From NCBI GenBank assembly GCA_018714485.1, contig DVNJ01000020.1, positions 2,668 through 66,667 of the forward strand: DNA of 64,000 bases. The letters are read 5' to 3'. The number at the start of each line of letters is the position of its first letter. Position 1 is the first letter of the stretch. Positions 16,476-27,387 of the stretch are shown here, piece after piece. The notes below the pieces were generated by a model. That model was given only the letters and a program-made list of their open reading frames with translations, was not told where the DNA came from and ran no database searches. The position numbers and the translations under genes are program-made. The stretch is from Candidatus Caccalectryoclostridium excrementigallinarum. Lineage in GTDB: Bacteria > Bacillota > Clostridia > Christensenellales > UBA3700.

Positions 16476-18257
16476 TCAACCTTTGAGCGCGGCGAGTGCG
16501 TCCGCCATTTCCGACATTGCCGCCTCGAAAGGCTCTTTGCCCGTGAGATCCACCCCCGCGAGCTTGAGTATCTCCACGGGCGACATGCTCCCGCCTGCGG
16601 ACAAAAAGCGCATATATCCCTCGACCGCGCCCTTTTCGCCCCGCAGTATGCCGCGCGCGATGCTCACCGCGCTCGTGATCCCCGTGGCATACTTATAGAC
16701 ATAGAAGGAGCGGTAAAAATGCGGCACCCGCGCCCATTCCCAGGCGATGGGCTTATCCGAGACCACATTGCTGCCGTAATAGCGCTTGTTGAGAGCGTAA
16801 TAGACGGAGTTGAGCGCCTCGCAGGTCACGGGCATATCCTTTTGCGCCAGCTCGTGCGCCTTTTCCTCGAACTCGGCGAACATGGTCTGCCTGAAAAGCG
16901 TGGTGCGGAACATGTCAAGATAATAATTGAGCAAGTAGCGCTTTTCCTTTTCGCTCCCGCTGCTTTTAAGCAGATATTTGAGCAGCAAGACCTCGTTGAC
17001 CGTGGAGGCGACTTCCGCCACGAAGATCTCGTACTGCGACTTGGAATAAGGCTGGGCTTTGTCCGAATAATAAGAATGCATGCTGTGACCCAGCTCGTGA
17101 GCGATGGTGAAGATGTCGTGCACCGTGCCGCTGTAATTGAGCAAGACGTAAGGATGCGAGCGGTAAGTGCCCCAGGAATAAGCCCCGCTGCGCTTGCCCT
17201 TGTTTTCATAGACGTCTATCCACCTGTTCTCCATCGCCTCGCGGATATGCGAGAGATATTCCTCTCCCAGCGGCGATAGCGCCTTTTTCACGATCTCGCA
17301 CGCCTCTTCGTAACTCGACGAGAGGTCGAGATCTTCTATCACCTGAACGTGCAGGTCGTACATATGCAGCTTTTTCAAGCCCATCGCCTCCGCCCGCCAA
17401 GCCATATAGCCGTGAAGATGTTTCAAGCCCGCGTGCACGCTCTCTATCAGGTTGTCGTAGACGACGCGCGGGACGTTCTCGCCGCTCATGGCGCGGGTGA
17501 GGCAGTCGGGATAGTTGCGGGCGCGGGCGAAAAACACGTCCTTTTTCAGGTTGCCCGCATAAAGCTGACCCACCGTATGCAACATTTTTCCGTAAGCGTC
17601 GAACATGGACGAAAACGCCGCCTTGCGCACCCTTCTGTCGTGCGAGTTGAGCAGCTTGGAATAGACGCCGTGCGACATCTGCACCCGCCTGCCGTCCTCG
17701 CCGACCACCGGCTTAAAGCGCACGTCGAGCGAATCGAACATATTGAAAGCGTCGTGAAAGCCGTCGGCGAACAGTCCCACTCCCGCGAGCAGTTTCTCCT
17801 CCGCCGCCGAGAGCGTATGCTCCTTTCTCCTCACTACTTCTTTGAGCATATAGTCAAAGTCGGAAAACTCCGCCTTTTCCGCCATGGCGAGCAGCTCTTC
17901 TCTTTTCAGCGCGGTGAGTTCGGGCAGGATGAACGAGCCTTTTTCGCTCAGCTTGACTCCGAGCGTGTCGATGCGGTCGCACATGGCGCAGTATTTCTCC
18001 ACGCCCGCGTCCTCGTCCCGACGCTGATGGGCATAGACGTAAAGTTCGCCGAAAAGCTCGCCCAGCTCATCATCAAGCCTCAAACAGGCGAGAATGCTCT
18101 CTTCCTCTTTCAACTTGCCCGCATAGCCCGACAATTTCTCCGCGTCGAGGGAGAGGCGCTCAAAATCCTCTTCCCATTTTTCTTCGCTCTCATAGATGGC
18201 GGACAAGTCCCACTTATCCTTTTCGCTTATCTCGCTTCTTTGCCTGATCGCGTCCAT
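16476..18257 (-). CDS. pepF: Oligoendopeptidase F (M3B)
   Basis: The HELGH zinc motif is present. I trimmed the start to the ATG at 18257, which follows GGGAGGAAG. Confidence 0.9.
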   Translation of the reverse strand: MDAIRQRSEISEKDKWDLSAIYESEEKWEEDFERLSLDAEKLSGYAGKLKEEESILACLRLDDELGELFGELYVYAHQRRDEDAGVEKYCAMCDRIDTLGVKLSEKGSFILPELTALKREELLAMAEKAEFSDFDYMLKEVVRRKEHTLSAAEEKLLAGVGLFADGFHDAFNMFDSLDVRFKPVVGEDGRRVQMSHGVYSKLLNSHDRRVRKAAFSSMFDAYGKMLHTVGQLYAGNLKKDVFFARARNYPDCLTRAMSGENVPRVVYDNLIESVHAGLKHLHGYMAWRAEAMGLKKLHMYDLHVQVIEDLDLSSSYEEACEIVKKALSPLGEEYLSHIREAMENRWIDVYENKGKRSGAYSWGTYRSHPYVLLNYSGTVHDIFTIAHELGHSMHSYYSDKAQPYSKSQYEIFVAEVASTVNEVLLLKYLLKSSGSEKEKRYLLNYYLDMFRTTLFRQTMFAEFEEKAHELAQKDMPVTCEALNSVYYALNKRYYGSNVVSDKPIAWEWARVPHFYRSFYVYKYATGITSAVSIARGILRGEKGAVEGYMRFLSAGGSMSPVEILKLAGVDLTGKEPFEAAMSEMADALAALKG

Positions 18258-18348
18258 ATCTTCCTCCCGAGCGCGCAAAAGCGCGGCGATTTTAATTATA
18301 TCCGTAATATTTGCCGAGCCGTCGTTTATTCCCGCAAGCCGCCCTCTT

Positions 18349-19812
18349 TCAGATCTTGAGGTATCCGTCCTTTATCCAGCCCTTGACTCTCATCAGCTTT
18401 CCCAAAGCCCAGCAGATGAGCGCGGGAGCGACAAAGAAAAGCAGCGCGATCGCGAGCCAGAACTTCCATTGTTCCATGCCGCCCTGAACTATGCTGGCGT
18501 TATATGCCTCGATTATGCCCACGAAGCCGCATGTTCCCATGCCGCCTCCGCCCGCGCCGCACATGAGCTTAAACGCGCCCGTAGCGATCGGACCGCAGAT
18601 CGCGGCAGCCACGGTGGGCGGAATGAGCAGCTGCGGATGGCGCATGATGTTGGGTATTTGCAGCATGGACGTGCCCAGCCCCTGCGAGACCAGCCCCGCA
18701 ACGCCGTTTTCCTTGAAAGAAAGCACGGCGAACCCGACCATATGGCAGGCGCAGCCCACGACCGCCGCGCCGCCCGCGATGAGCATGGCGTTCACCTGAA
18801 CGGCGTCCCCGCTCGTCAAAACGGGCGTCGCCACCGAGACCCAAATAGCCGCGCTCGAAGTGGGCAGAGTGAGCAAGATGCCCATCACCGCCGCCACTAT
18901 TATGCCCATCAGCACGGGCTGCAAGTCTGTCGCCAGCGCGATACCCGTGCCCAGCTGCCCGATGAGCCAGGAGAAGGGCCAGGCGATATATGCGCCCGCG
19001 AGCGTGCATAAGAGCGCGGTGAGCGGCACGAGCAATATGTCGAGCTTGGTCTTTCCCGCCACAAGCGAGGAGATCTCGATCGCCGTGAGCGCGGTGACGT
19101 AAGCGCCGATGGGATTGCCGGGCGAGCCTGCCGCCACCTTTTGCCCTATCGCCGCAAGAACGCTCGAAGAGCCGTCCGCCGCGCAGGTGATAAAGACGTC
19201 CGACCAGGCGCCCACAAAGCCCGCCACGATCGCGGAAAAGACGACCAGTCCGGGCGCTTTGAGCTTACTGCCCATGCCCGCGCCTATGCCGGCGCCCATC
19301 ATCACCGAGGCGATATTGCCCAAAAGCGTGAGAAAATTGCCGAAGGCGTTGTCGCCGATGATTCCGCCCAGCGTCTTGACGATCGTGCCCGCGATGAGCG
19401 TGACGAAAAGCCCCTGCGCCATGCCCGTGAAAGCGTCGATGAACCAACGCTTGGGCAGCCTTTTGAGGGCGGGAAGCGTCTTTTCTTTGAAAAAGACGAT
19501 AGCGCGCTCTTTCAGTCCGCTTGCGCCCGCCTGCGCCTCGTCGCTCTCGGCGTTTTCGGGCGCGGAAGTTATGCCCGCTCCGCCCTCTTGCGCCTCTTGC
19601 CTCAAAGCCGCGTTTACGGCTTTGTTGTTCTCGGGCGCAGGGAGCTTTTCTTCGCTCGCACTGTCCTCCGCCTCTTGGCTCAAAGCCGCGTTTACGGCTT
19701 CATTGTTCTCGGACGCGGAGACATTTTCCCGCCCCTGCTCTGCGTTTTCACGCGCTTGGCGGCAGACAGCCGCGCCCTCTCCCTCCTTGGGAGTGACTTT
19801 GCTTTTTTTCAT
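18349..19812 (-). CDS. Polytopic membrane protein, PTS EIIC-2-like, with a repeat-containing acidic N-terminal extension
   Basis: About 10 TM segments and the MAQGLFVTLIAGTIVKTLGG region are recalled from PF13303-type proteins. The start is set at the ATG at 19812 (GAGGA RBS). No EIIA or EIIB gene is nearby. Confidence 0.6.
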   Translation of the reverse strand: MKKSKVTPKEGEGAAVCRQARENAEQGRENVSASENNEAVNAALSQEAEDSASEEKLPAPENNKAVNAALRQEAQEGGAGITSAPENAESDEAQAGASGLKERAIVFFKEKTLPALKRLPKRWFIDAFTGMAQGLFVTLIAGTIVKTLGGIIGDNAFGNFLTLLGNIASVMMGAGIGAGMGSKLKAPGLVVFSAIVAGFVGAWSDVFITCAADGSSSVLAAIGQKVAAGSPGNPIGAYVTALTAIEISSLVAGKTKLDILLVPLTALLCTLAGAYIAWPFSWLIGQLGTGIALATDLQPVLMGIIVAAVMGILLTLPTSSAAIWVSVATPVLTSGDAVQVNAMLIAGGAAVVGCACHMVGFAVLSFKENGVAGLVSQGLGTSMLQIPNIMRHPQLLIPPTVAAAICGPIATGAFKLMCGAGGGGMGTCGFVGIIEAYNASIVQGGMEQWKFWLAIALLFFVAPALICWALGKLMRVKGWIKDGYLKI

Positions 19813-19914
19813 AAGACGTCCTCTTGAAAACAATAGTCGCGCGAAATTATTTGCCTCGCGCCTAAAGCTTTATTCCGAACGTCTTATCCTTTTCAAGCCG
19901 TCGAAATTTGTTGC

Positions 19915-20275
19915 TACCGAAGCGGGACGCGGTGAATGTGTGCGGGAGCGCGCCTCTCGCCGCTCTCCGCCATGACGGCGTCTTGATAATACCGCAATAG
20001 TATTACCTGCGACGCTGTCATGACGGATAACAGCAAGATCCGACACTCGCGCACGCACACACCGCATTCCGCTTCGGTATTTATTTACTTATCTTTCCCC
20101 GGTTATCCTTTTTCGTTTTCTTTTTTTCTTGCTAATACCGCAAGAGTATTACCCGCGGCGTTCTCGTCCGCAATAGCGCCGTTATCCGCGCCCTCGCGGA
20201 CACTCCCCGCATTCCGCTTCGGTATTTATTTACTTATCTTTCCCCGGTTATCTTTTTGCTTTTTTCCTTATCATT
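19915..20275. repeat. Intergenic repeat cluster: hairpin element 19971-20022 plus a ~145-bp tandem duplication
   Basis: An exact 46-nt repeat, CCGCATTCCGCTTCGGTATTTATTTACTTATCTTTCCCCGGTTATC, occurs at 20062-20107 and 20207-20252. TAATACCGCAA[T/G]AGTATTACC occurs at about 19989-20008 and 20133-20152. Confidence 0.75.
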
Positions 20276-20280
20276 TCGTG

Positions 20281-20634
20281 CTATGCGACCGCGATCGCCA
20301 CGGCTTCCTCGCTGCCGTAGACAACGAGTCTGCCCGCGCGCGCCATATTCGGCTTATCCTCGTCGGCGGCATGGTCTTCGACATAGCCGCGCGCCTCGCC
20401 CAGCGTCGCAAAGAGGAGGACATAAGCCACTTTCGGCGAAATGTTCGCGTCCTTGACCACGGAAAAACCGTCCGCGAGTTCGTATTCCTGCGCGCCCGTC
20501 AAGGTGACGTCAAAGGGTTGGAAGTCGTAGCCGCCGCCCTTATACGCCTCGCGCAGTTCGCCGCCGTCGGGCGTACAGGCGCAGAGGGCGACAACGAGAG
20601 CGAGCAGGCAGATCGCGGCAAGCAGCTTTTTCAT
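20281..20634 (-). CDS. Small hypothetical lipoprotein
   Basis: I trimmed the start to MKKLLAAICLLALVVALCAC (lipobox). The ATG at 20634 abuts the stop of the upstream gene. Confidence 0.7.
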   Translation of the reverse strand: MKKLLAAICLLALVVALCACTPDGGELREAYKGGGYDFQPFDVTLTGAQEYELADGFSVVKDANISPKVAYVLLFATLGEARGYVEDHAADEDKPNMARAGRLVVYGSEEAVAIAVA

Positions 20635-20635
20635 C

Positions 20636-21880
20636 TTATTCCTTGCCCGCGCCCTCAAAGCCGTTCTTGTCGAACTCTTCGATGAATTCGAGCGTGATAT
20701 CGAACACCTTGGAGAGGCATTCGGGGCTGAGGTTGTCATAGTTGTCGAGGCGGGTATGATAATATTTTTCCACCTCGGGATTCATCGCCGCCACCGACGC
20801 GGCGCGATAACCGCCCTTGGAGAAAGCGGCGGCGTCCGTCGCGCCCGCGAAGACCGAGCCGAACTTCAAGTCCATGCCGTGGCGCGCGGCGCACTTTTTA
20901 TAGAGGTCGCAAGCCGCCCTGTCGTTCTTGACCGTGCCGTTGAGGTCGCGGTCGTAGATACCCAAATATTGCAGCTCGCGCAAGGTCTCATAGGTCAAGA
21001 ACACGGTCTCCACGTTCTCTTCGCGCGCATAGTCGGGGTGCTGCTTGACAAAGGCGGTCGCGCCGCGCAGTCCCGCCTCTTCCGAGCCGGTGATGAGGGC
21101 GACGACTTCCGTGTTTTCCAGGCGTATGTCGTTGTCTTTGAGCGCCTTTATCGCCGCGATCGCCATATAGCAGGCGGTGAGGTTGTCGTTGGCGCCGGGG
21201 ACTACCCTGCGCGTGTCGGCAAAGCGCCAAAAGGCGAGGAAGAAGGGGATAAAGACCACTCCCGCGACTCCCGCCCAGAGCACGCTCGAATTGGGGACGC
21301 CGAAAGGTCCGTCGAGAATGCAGGCGGCGAGCGCGATCGCAAACATATAGACAACGCCCAAGATGACGAGGATTATCGAAGAGAGGAACATCTTATAGCC
21401 GCCGACATAATGCCAATGCCATTCATAGACCGCGTCCGAATGACCGTTGATGACGATGCGGCGTTTAAGTTCGCCCGAGCATGAATAAGTACCCATGACG
21501 TTGCCCGACTCGCGCTGATCGAACAGCCTGTCGAGGAAGGGGGCGTAAAGCACGAATTGAAAGATCATGGGCACGAGCGAAAAGAGTATGCACACAAAGA
21601 CCATGACGGGCGAGAGGAAGAAGATGGGTACGGCGAGCGTCATAAAGACCGCCACAAAATAAGTCCAGCCGAAAAAGGCGTGCGGCGCGACTTTGAACTT
21701 GTCTCTCTCCACGCTCTCGCACATTTCGCCGAGCTGACCCGCCATATAATCGAGAGCCTTGTTTTCGCCCTCGCTGCCCGGGTCGCGGTCGCCGAAATTC
21801 ACGATCACGTTTTTGATCTCTTCCTGAATGTAGGAAACGCTCTTTTCCCGCTCGGCGGCGGAGATCTCCGTAACTTTCAT
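20636..21880 (-). CDS. Membrane-associated M28-family metallopeptidase
   Basis: TM segments are combined with M28-like motifs (PGANDNLT ... GSEEAGLRGA). Confidence 0.8.
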   Translation of the reverse strand: MKVTEISAAEREKSVSYIQEEIKNVIVNFGDRDPGSEGENKALDYMAGQLGEMCESVERDKFKVAPHAFFGWTYFVAVFMTLAVPIFFLSPVMVFVCILFSLVPMIFQFVLYAPFLDRLFDQRESGNVMGTYSCSGELKRRIVINGHSDAVYEWHWHYVGGYKMFLSSIILVILGVVYMFAIALAACILDGPFGVPNSSVLWAGVAGVVFIPFFLAFWRFADTRRVVPGANDNLTACYMAIAAIKALKDNDIRLENTEVVALITGSEEAGLRGATAFVKQHPDYAREENVETVFLTYETLRELQYLGIYDRDLNGTVKNDRAACDLYKKCAARHGMDLKFGSVFAGATDAAAFSKGGYRAASVAAMNPEVEKYYHTRLDNYDNLSPECLSKVFDITLEFIEEFDKNGFEGAGKE

Positions 21881-22006
21881 AATTCACCTGCCTTATGTTG
21901 ATAGAAGTATTATAGCACGCGCGCGGCGTTATGGCAATAAATTGCGCGATATTTTGCGCGCGGCGGGGGACTTGCCTTTTGCCCTTTGCGCTGATATAAT
22001 GGATAT

Positions 22007-22789
22007 ATGGCGAGACCTTACGGCGAAAGCATAGTTTTCAATATGCTGATGAAAGTGCTCTATATCGCGTATTTGGCGATGTATATGACTTACGCCGTGA
22101 CAAACTATATCCAAGGCACGGGCAACGACCTGGTCAACTTCATCGTCATCGCCTTCATCTCCCTTTCCGTCTTCATCTTCATTCTCGCCAACATTCTCGA
22201 CTGGACGGCGAAAAACGCGGACGCGCGCTCCAAGATAAAAGTGCGCCTGCACACCATGCGCAACATCTTCAAGATAATCAAGGTGGGCGTATCCGTGCTC
22301 GTTCTGGCGCAGACGATCACCGACGACAGCTGGGACGCGCTCACGATCGCCATGCTCGTCATCTCCCTGCCCACGGGACTTTTGTGGCTTTTGGGCGAAT
22401 ATGTCTATGTCGCTCTCGCGGGCATCTTCCGCCGCGGCGGCAGGCGTTCGTCCACGGACGAAGACGAGGAATACGAGAGCGAGCGGCGCGTCACGCCCGT
22501 GCGCGACACCATCGACCGCATCAAGCAGTTCGCCGACTCCGAGCTCATCACCCTCGCCCCTCACGAAGTGGACTACGACTCGGACGAAGCCGTCGACGTG
22601 GACGAGGGCTACTTGGGCTATGAAGCGGACGACGATTTTTCCTATCCCGCCCGTCCGACCTTGGAAAAAACGCGCGAATACGAAGGCGCTTTCAGCGTGA
22701 AAGAACTGCCCCTTTACGAGGAAAAGAGCTTTTTGGTGAGCGAATACGATCTCGACAGCGTCCTCAAAGAAGAGAAAACCAAAAACTGA
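22007..22789 (+). CDS. Hypothetical membrane protein with an acidic C-terminal half
   Basis: The ORF is 260 aa, with about 4 TM segments followed by a D/E/Y-rich tail. It is one of the few plus-strand genes in the window. Confidence 0.7.
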   Translation: MARPYGESIVFNMLMKVLYIAYLAMYMTYAVTNYIQGTGNDLVNFIVIAFISLSVFIFILANILDWTAKNADARSKIKVRLHTMRNIFKIIKVGVSVLVLAQTITDDSWDALTIAMLVISLPTGLLWLLGEYVYVALAGIFRRGGRRSSTDEDEEYESERRVTPVRDTIDRIKQFADSELITLAPHEVDYDSDEAVDVDEGYLGYEADDDFSYPARPTLEKTREYEGAFSVKELPLYEEKSFLVSEYDLDSVLKEEKTKN

Positions 22790-22792
22790 CCT

Positions 22793-23884
22793 TCAAATTA
22801 TATATTTAGCGACTATCCCGTCCGCAACGAGGAAAAACTCCTCTTTCAGATGCAGTGCTCCGCCGCGCAGCTCAAAAAAGCGTCCCGCACTCTCCATCAG
22901 CTTTTTTACGTCTATGCCCGCGCCTTTAAGCGCCTCTTGGGGCGCGCCGAAGCGGGTGCGCAGACCGAAGACGACGCGCTCTTTTTCCAACTCCTCTTGC
23001 GTCATCACCTCTTCCGTCACGCGCACTATCTTCCCGCTCAGATATTTATCGATGTCCTTTTCCGTGTAAAACCTGCGCCCTTTGACCATGGAATAAGCGC
23101 CCGCGCCCAAGCCGACATATTCCTCTCCCCGCCAATATTTGAGATTATGCCTGCTCTCCGCCCCGTCAAGCGCCCAATTACTCACCTCGTAGCGCTCGTA
23201 TCCCGCCTCGCGCGCCGCGGCATGAAAGACCTCGTAAAGGTCGGCGAGGCGGTCGTCGTCGAGGATGAATTCTCCCCTTTTCTCCGCCTGCCAAAGAGGC
23301 GTCCCCGGGCAAAGCGTGAGCATATAAGCCGAGAGGTGCTCCGCGCCCGCTTCGCGCATGCGCGCGACGAACTCCTTCAAGTCCTCCTCCCCCTGAAAGG
23401 GCACGCCGAGCATGATGTCCGCGCTCACGCGCATCCCCTCGCTCGCCGCCAGCCTCACCGCGCTCAACGCCTCGCTCGCGGAATGTATCCTCCCCAGCGC
23501 TTTCAGGCTCTTGTCCGAGAGCGACTGAACGCCGAGGCTTATCCTGTTCACGCCTAAGCTTTTCAGCTCAAGCGCCTTTTCGCGGGTGAAAGATTCGGGA
23601 TTGCCCTCGCAGGAAAACTCCGCTCCCTCTTGAATGACAAAATACCTTTTTATACCTGTTAGGGCGGCTTTAAGCGCGTCTTTCGGCAAGACGGTGGGCG
23701 TTCCGCCGCCGACATAGACGCTGTCGAAAAACCTTATTCCCTCTTGAGAAAATTCGCGCGCGTCCCTTTCAAGGGCGGCGGGATACTCCCCCGCCCTCTT
23801 TGCGTCATAGACGCCGCGGAAAAAATCGCAGTAATAGCAAATGCTTTTGCAAAAGGGGATATGGATATAAAGCCCCGCGCTCAT
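22793..23884 (-). CDS. hemW: Radical SAM heme chaperone HemW (HemN-like)
   Basis: The CxxxCxxC motif (CKSICYYC) is present, and the gene is adjacent to lepA as in many Firmicutes. Confidence 0.9.
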   Translation of the reverse strand: MSAGLYIHIPFCKSICYYCDFFRGVYDAKRAGEYPAALERDAREFSQEGIRFFDSVYVGGGTPTVLPKDALKAALTGIKRYFVIQEGAEFSCEGNPESFTREKALELKSLGVNRISLGVQSLSDKSLKALGRIHSASEALSAVRLAASEGMRVSADIMLGVPFQGEEDLKEFVARMREAGAEHLSAYMLTLCPGTPLWQAEKRGEFILDDDRLADLYEVFHAAAREAGYERYEVSNWALDGAESRHNLKYWRGEEYVGLGAGAYSMVKGRRFYTEKDIDKYLSGKIVRVTEEVMTQEELEKERVVFGLRTRFGAPQEALKGAGIDVKKLMESAGRFFELRGGALHLKEEFFLVADGIVAKYII

Positions 23885-25686
23885 TTGTTATCGAACTTCA
23901 AAATGGTCATGAACGCCTCGCTCGGAACTTCGACCGAACCTATCTGGCGCATGCGCTTTTTCCCCTCTTTCTGCTTTTCGAGCAGCTTTTTCTTGCGGGT
24001 GATGTCGCCGCCGTAGCACTTGGCGAGAACGTCCTTTCTCACCGCCTTGACCGTCTCGCGCGCGATGACCTTGCCGCCTATCGCCGCCTGTATGGGGATC
24101 TCGAACTGCTGGCGGGGAATGACGTCTTTGAGCTTTTCCGCGATCGCCCTGCCGCGCGCGTAAGCCTTGTCGCGGTGAATGATGAGGCTGAGCGCGTCGC
24201 AGATCTCACCGTTGAGGAGAATGTCCATTTTGACAAGATCGCTGCGCTTATAGCCGTTCATCTCGTAATCAAGGCTGGCATAGCCCTTGCTGCGCGATTT
24301 GAGGCTGTCGAAAAAGTCGTATATTATCTCCCCCAGCGGCATGTCGTATTCGAGCAAAACGCGCGTGGTCTCGATATAGGTCATGTTGACAAAGCTGCCG
24401 CGCTTGTCTTGGCAAAGCTCCATGATCGTGCCCACATATTCGGGCGGCGTATACACGCTCGCCTTGACCATCGGCTCTTCGAGGTGGTCAATCTCGCCCA
24501 TGGGCGGCAGCGCCGTGGGATTGGAGACGACCAAGGTCTCGCCCTTTGTCGTGACGACGCGGTAAGAAACGCTCGGCGCGGTCGTGATGAGGTCGAGGTC
24601 GAACTCTCGCTCCAACCTCTCCTCGATTATCTCCATATGCAAAAGTCCCAAAAAGCCGCAGCGGAATCCGAATCCCAGCGCCGCGGAAACTTCAGGCTCG
24701 TAAAAGAGCGCCGCGTCGTTGAGCTTTAATTTTTCCAGCGCCTCTTTGAGGTCGTCGTAATGCGCGCCGTCGGCGGGATATATGCCCGAAAAGACCATCG
24801 GCTCGGCTTCCTTAAAGCCGGGCAGAGCCTCCGCCGTCGGGGAGGACTCGGAAGTTATCGTGTCTCCGACCTTGGTGTCGGCGACGTTCTTTATGCTCGC
24901 GCAGAGATAACCCACCTCGCCCGCGCTCAAACTCTCGCAGGGGGTGGAGTTGGGGGTGAAAAATCCCACTTCCGTCACGTCGAAAACGGCGCCCGTGGAC
25001 ATCATCTTTATCCTGTCGCCCGCCTTGACGCAGCCGTCGAAAACTCTGATTATCGAGATAGCGCCCTTGTAGCTGTCGTAAAAAGAGTCGAAAATGAGCG
25101 CTTTGAGCGGCGCGGAAAAATCCCCCTTGGGCGGCGGGAGCAGCTCTATCACCTGCTCGAGCACCTTTTCTATCCCTATCCCCTCTTTCGCCGAGATGAG
25201 CGGCGCCTCGTCGGCGGGAAGCCCGATGACGTCCTCTATCTCCGCCTTGACCTCGTCGGGACGGGCGGAAGGCAGATCTATCTTGTTGATGACGGGGATT
25301 ATTTCAAGGTCGTTGTCGAGCGCCAGATAGACGTTGGTGAGTGTCTGCGCCTCCACTCCCTGCGAAGCGTCCACGATGAGGATCGCGCCCTCGCAGGCTT
25401 TGAGCGAGCGGGAGACTTCATAGGTGAAGTCGACGTGACCGGGAGTGTCGATGAGGTTGAGCGTATATTCTCTGCCCTTAAAGGTATATTTCATTCTCAC
25501 GGGCGTGAGCTTGATGGTGATGCCCCTTTCGCGCTCGATGTCCATGCTGTCGAGAAGCTGCTGCTTCGCCTCGCGCGCGGAGACCGCGCCCGTGACGTCC
25601 ATTATCCTGTCGGCGAGCGTGGATTTACCGTGGTCGATATGCGCCACTATGCAGAAATTCCTGATGTTGCTTTGATCTTTCGGCAT
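23881..25686 (-). CDS. lepA: Elongation factor 4
   Basis: The G domain reads AHIDHGKST and DTPGHVDF. The protein is LepA-like across its full length. Confidence 0.97.
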   Translation of the reverse strand: MPKDQSNIRNFCIVAHIDHGKSTLADRIMDVTGAVSAREAKQQLLDSMDIERERGITIKLTPVRMKYTFKGREYTLNLIDTPGHVDFTYEVSRSLKACEGAILIVDASQGVEAQTLTNVYLALDNDLEIIPVINKIDLPSARPDEVKAEIEDVIGLPADEAPLISAKEGIGIEKVLEQVIELLPPPKGDFSAPLKALIFDSFYDSYKGAISIIRVFDGCVKAGDRIKMMSTGAVFDVTEVGFFTPNSTPCESLSAGEVGYLCASIKNVADTKVGDTITSESSPTAEALPGFKEAEPMVFSGIYPADGAHYDDLKEALEKLKLNDAALFYEPEVSAALGFGFRCGFLGLLHMEIIEERLEREFDLDLITTAPSVSYRVVTTKGETLVVSNPTALPPMGEIDHLEEPMVKASVYTPPEYVGTIMELCQDKRGSFVNMTYIETTRVLLEYDMPLGEIIYDFFDSLKSRSKGYASLDYEMNGYKRSDLVKMDILLNGEICDALSLIIHRDKAYARGRAIAEKLKDVIPRQQFEIPIQAAIGGKVIARETVKAVRKDVLAKCYGGDITRKKKLLEKQKEGKKRMRQIGSVEVPSEAFMTILKFDNK

Positions 25687-25751
25687 AGGGATATTATATA
25701 AAAAATCGCGCGCCTTGGCAATTAAATTAAGCCCGCGCGCGAAATTCCTCT

Positions 25752-26504
25752 TTAAGACAAAAAGCTCTTCGCCTTTTCAAGAGCGATGTTGTCCGCCTTT
25801 TTGTCGTCGCATTCGAAAATGATGTTGTCCGCGATCCGTTTCGCCGTCTCGAAAGTGTCGGGAGTGCGCACCGTCCACATGATCACCATCTTTTCCGGGT
25901 GCGCCTTTTTTATCGGCAGAAAATATTCTTCGCGCGGCTTTTTCACGGGGATAGCCAAAAAGTCCATCGTCTTATATTGCTTTCTCAGTTTGACGGGCAG
26001 AAATTGGAAAGAATAGATGTCGTAAAGCTGACCTATCACCACTTCGGGATGATGCTTGACCCACCAATCGGTGATGTGCCAATTAAAGGATTCTATGCAC
26101 CATTTGCCCTTGTAATCTTTGAGCGCGTCATAGACGGCGCGGCAAGTCGAGTCCACGCGCGAAGTCGTCTTTATCTCCACGATGAGCCTGCCCTTTTCGC
26201 CAAGATCTTTGAGCACGTCCTCAAAGAGAGGCACGCATTCCTTCGTCCCCAAGAGCGGATAATTTTCAAGGTGAGAGGTGTCGACGTTGTAAGGAAAAAC
26301 TCTCTTTCCGCACATACGCTTTAAGGTAGGGTCGTGATGCACGATGAGCTTGCCGTCTCTTGTGAGATAGACGTCGAGTTCGCTCCCCAGCCCCGCCTCG
26401 GCGGCGCGCAGAAAAGCGGCGCGCGAATTTTCGGGCACGTCGCGGTTGTTATGCAGTCCGCGGTGGCAAAAAACCGTTTCTTTGAGCCATTGCATATCTT
26501 TCAT
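25752..26504 (-). CDS. Glycerophosphodiester phosphodiesterase family protein
   Basis: GDPD motifs are present: HRG..., ENS, and E.D....DG....HD. Confidence 0.85.
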   Translation of the reverse strand: MKDMQWLKETVFCHRGLHNNRDVPENSRAAFLRAAEAGLGSELDVYLTRDGKLIVHHDPTLKRMCGKRVFPYNVDTSHLENYPLLGTKECVPLFEDVLKDLGEKGRLIVEIKTTSRVDSTCRAVYDALKDYKGKWCIESFNWHITDWWVKHHPEVVIGQLYDIYSFQFLPVKLRKQYKTMDFLAIPVKKPREEYFLPIKKAHPEKMVIMWTVRTPDTFETAKRIADNIIFECDDKKADNIALEKAKSFLS

Positions 26505-26512
26505 ATTTCACC

Positions 26513-27121
26513 TCAATATCCCAAGTCTTCATCCACGATGAGAACGTGCACCGCGCTTTGATATTTGGTGGGATGGTGCATGATCGTGGTCACGTTGCAG
26601 ATGCAGTCGGGGCTGTTGCAAAAAGCGCACTCGCCCGTCACGGCGCAGGGCGTTTTTTTATTCAGCCTCGCCGCGTTGGGCGGAGCCGCCTTATGCCGCG
26701 CCCGCTCGAGCGCGGAAGTGAGATCGGGCGTTATCTTGTTCCGTCCGATAACGTAGATTATGTTCTTCACGCCGAAACTCAGCGCGCTCACGCGGTTGGC
26801 GGCGCCGTCGATATTGACTATCTCCCCGCTCATAGAAAGCGCGTTCGCCGAGGATATGTACCAATCCGCGCGCGAGGCGAGCTGATAAACTTCGCCGCGC
26901 CTTTCCTCCGCGACCGTGGCATGCGAATAGACCTCGTGCCCCGCCGCGGCGAGCCTTTCGAGCAGCTTCATCTTGGTCAAAGTGACGCTGCCGCCCGCCC
27001 CCACGCTCGCGCCCGCAGGAATGAGCGAGAGGACATATTGCGCCGCCTCTTCGGCGCTTGCAAACAATGCGGGCTTAAACCCGCGCGTTTTCAATGCTTT
27101 GAGCAGTTTTTCTTGTTCCAT
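26513..27121 (-). CDS. LUD (lactate-utilisation, DUF162) domain protein with a C-terminal Cys cluster
   Basis: The ORF is 202 aa with a YkgG-like fold signature and CAVTGECAFCNSPDCIC. Confidence 0.75.
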   Translation of the reverse strand: MEQEKLLKALKTRGFKPALFASAEEAAQYVLSLIPAGASVGAGGSVTLTKMKLLERLAAAGHEVYSHATVAEERRGEVYQLASRADWYISSANALSMSGEIVNIDGAANRVSALSFGVKNIIYVIGRNKITPDLTSALERARHKAAPPNAARLNKKTPCAVTGECAFCNSPDCICNVTTIMHHPTKYQSAVHVLIVDEDLGY

Positions 27122-27248
27122 GAGTTTATTGTACCACCTTCTTTTCCTGTTGCCAACAAGATTTTATGCAAGCGGGCAAAATTATGTAACATAAAAGCGC
27201 TCTCCCTGCGCATAATGACCTTGATAAAGATTATAAAGGAGAAAGCAG

Positions 27249-27359
27249 ATGAAGACATTCCTTCTCGGTCTGAGCGCGGGACTTTTGACGGCGCTGGCGC
27301 TGGAAAAGCGCGGCAAGAGCCAGACTCTGCGCCGCCGCATCATCAAGGCGCTCGAATGA
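27249..27359 (+). CDS. Candidate 36-aa membrane peptide
   Basis: This ORF is not in the supplied track. It has an AAAGGAG RBS 7 nt upstream and reads MKTFLLGLSAGLLTALALEKRGKSQTLRRRIIKALE. A terminator hairpin follows immediately. Confidence 0.45.
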   Translation: MKTFLLGLSAGLLTALALEKRGKSQTLRRRIIKALE

Positions 27360-27387
27360 AAAAGGACAATCGCCCGTCCTTTTTTTA
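27357..27387. terminator. Bidirectional intrinsic terminator shared by convergent genes
   Basis: The stem AGGAC-aatcgccc-GTCCT is flanked by an A-run and a T-run. Confidence 0.7.

Noticed and set aside
18349-19812. A PTS operon around the EIIC-like gene.
   Set aside because: No EIIA, EIIB, EI or regulator genes are adjacent. The family assignment is from memory only, so I call it a membrane protein of EIIC-2-like type.
27231-27384. Continuation of the 27231-28757 ORF past 27385.
   Set aside because: The 0-frame tail is R/S-rich. It runs through a terminator hairpin and overlaps the convergent small ORF. The -1 frame gives a plausible C-terminus that ends at the terminator.
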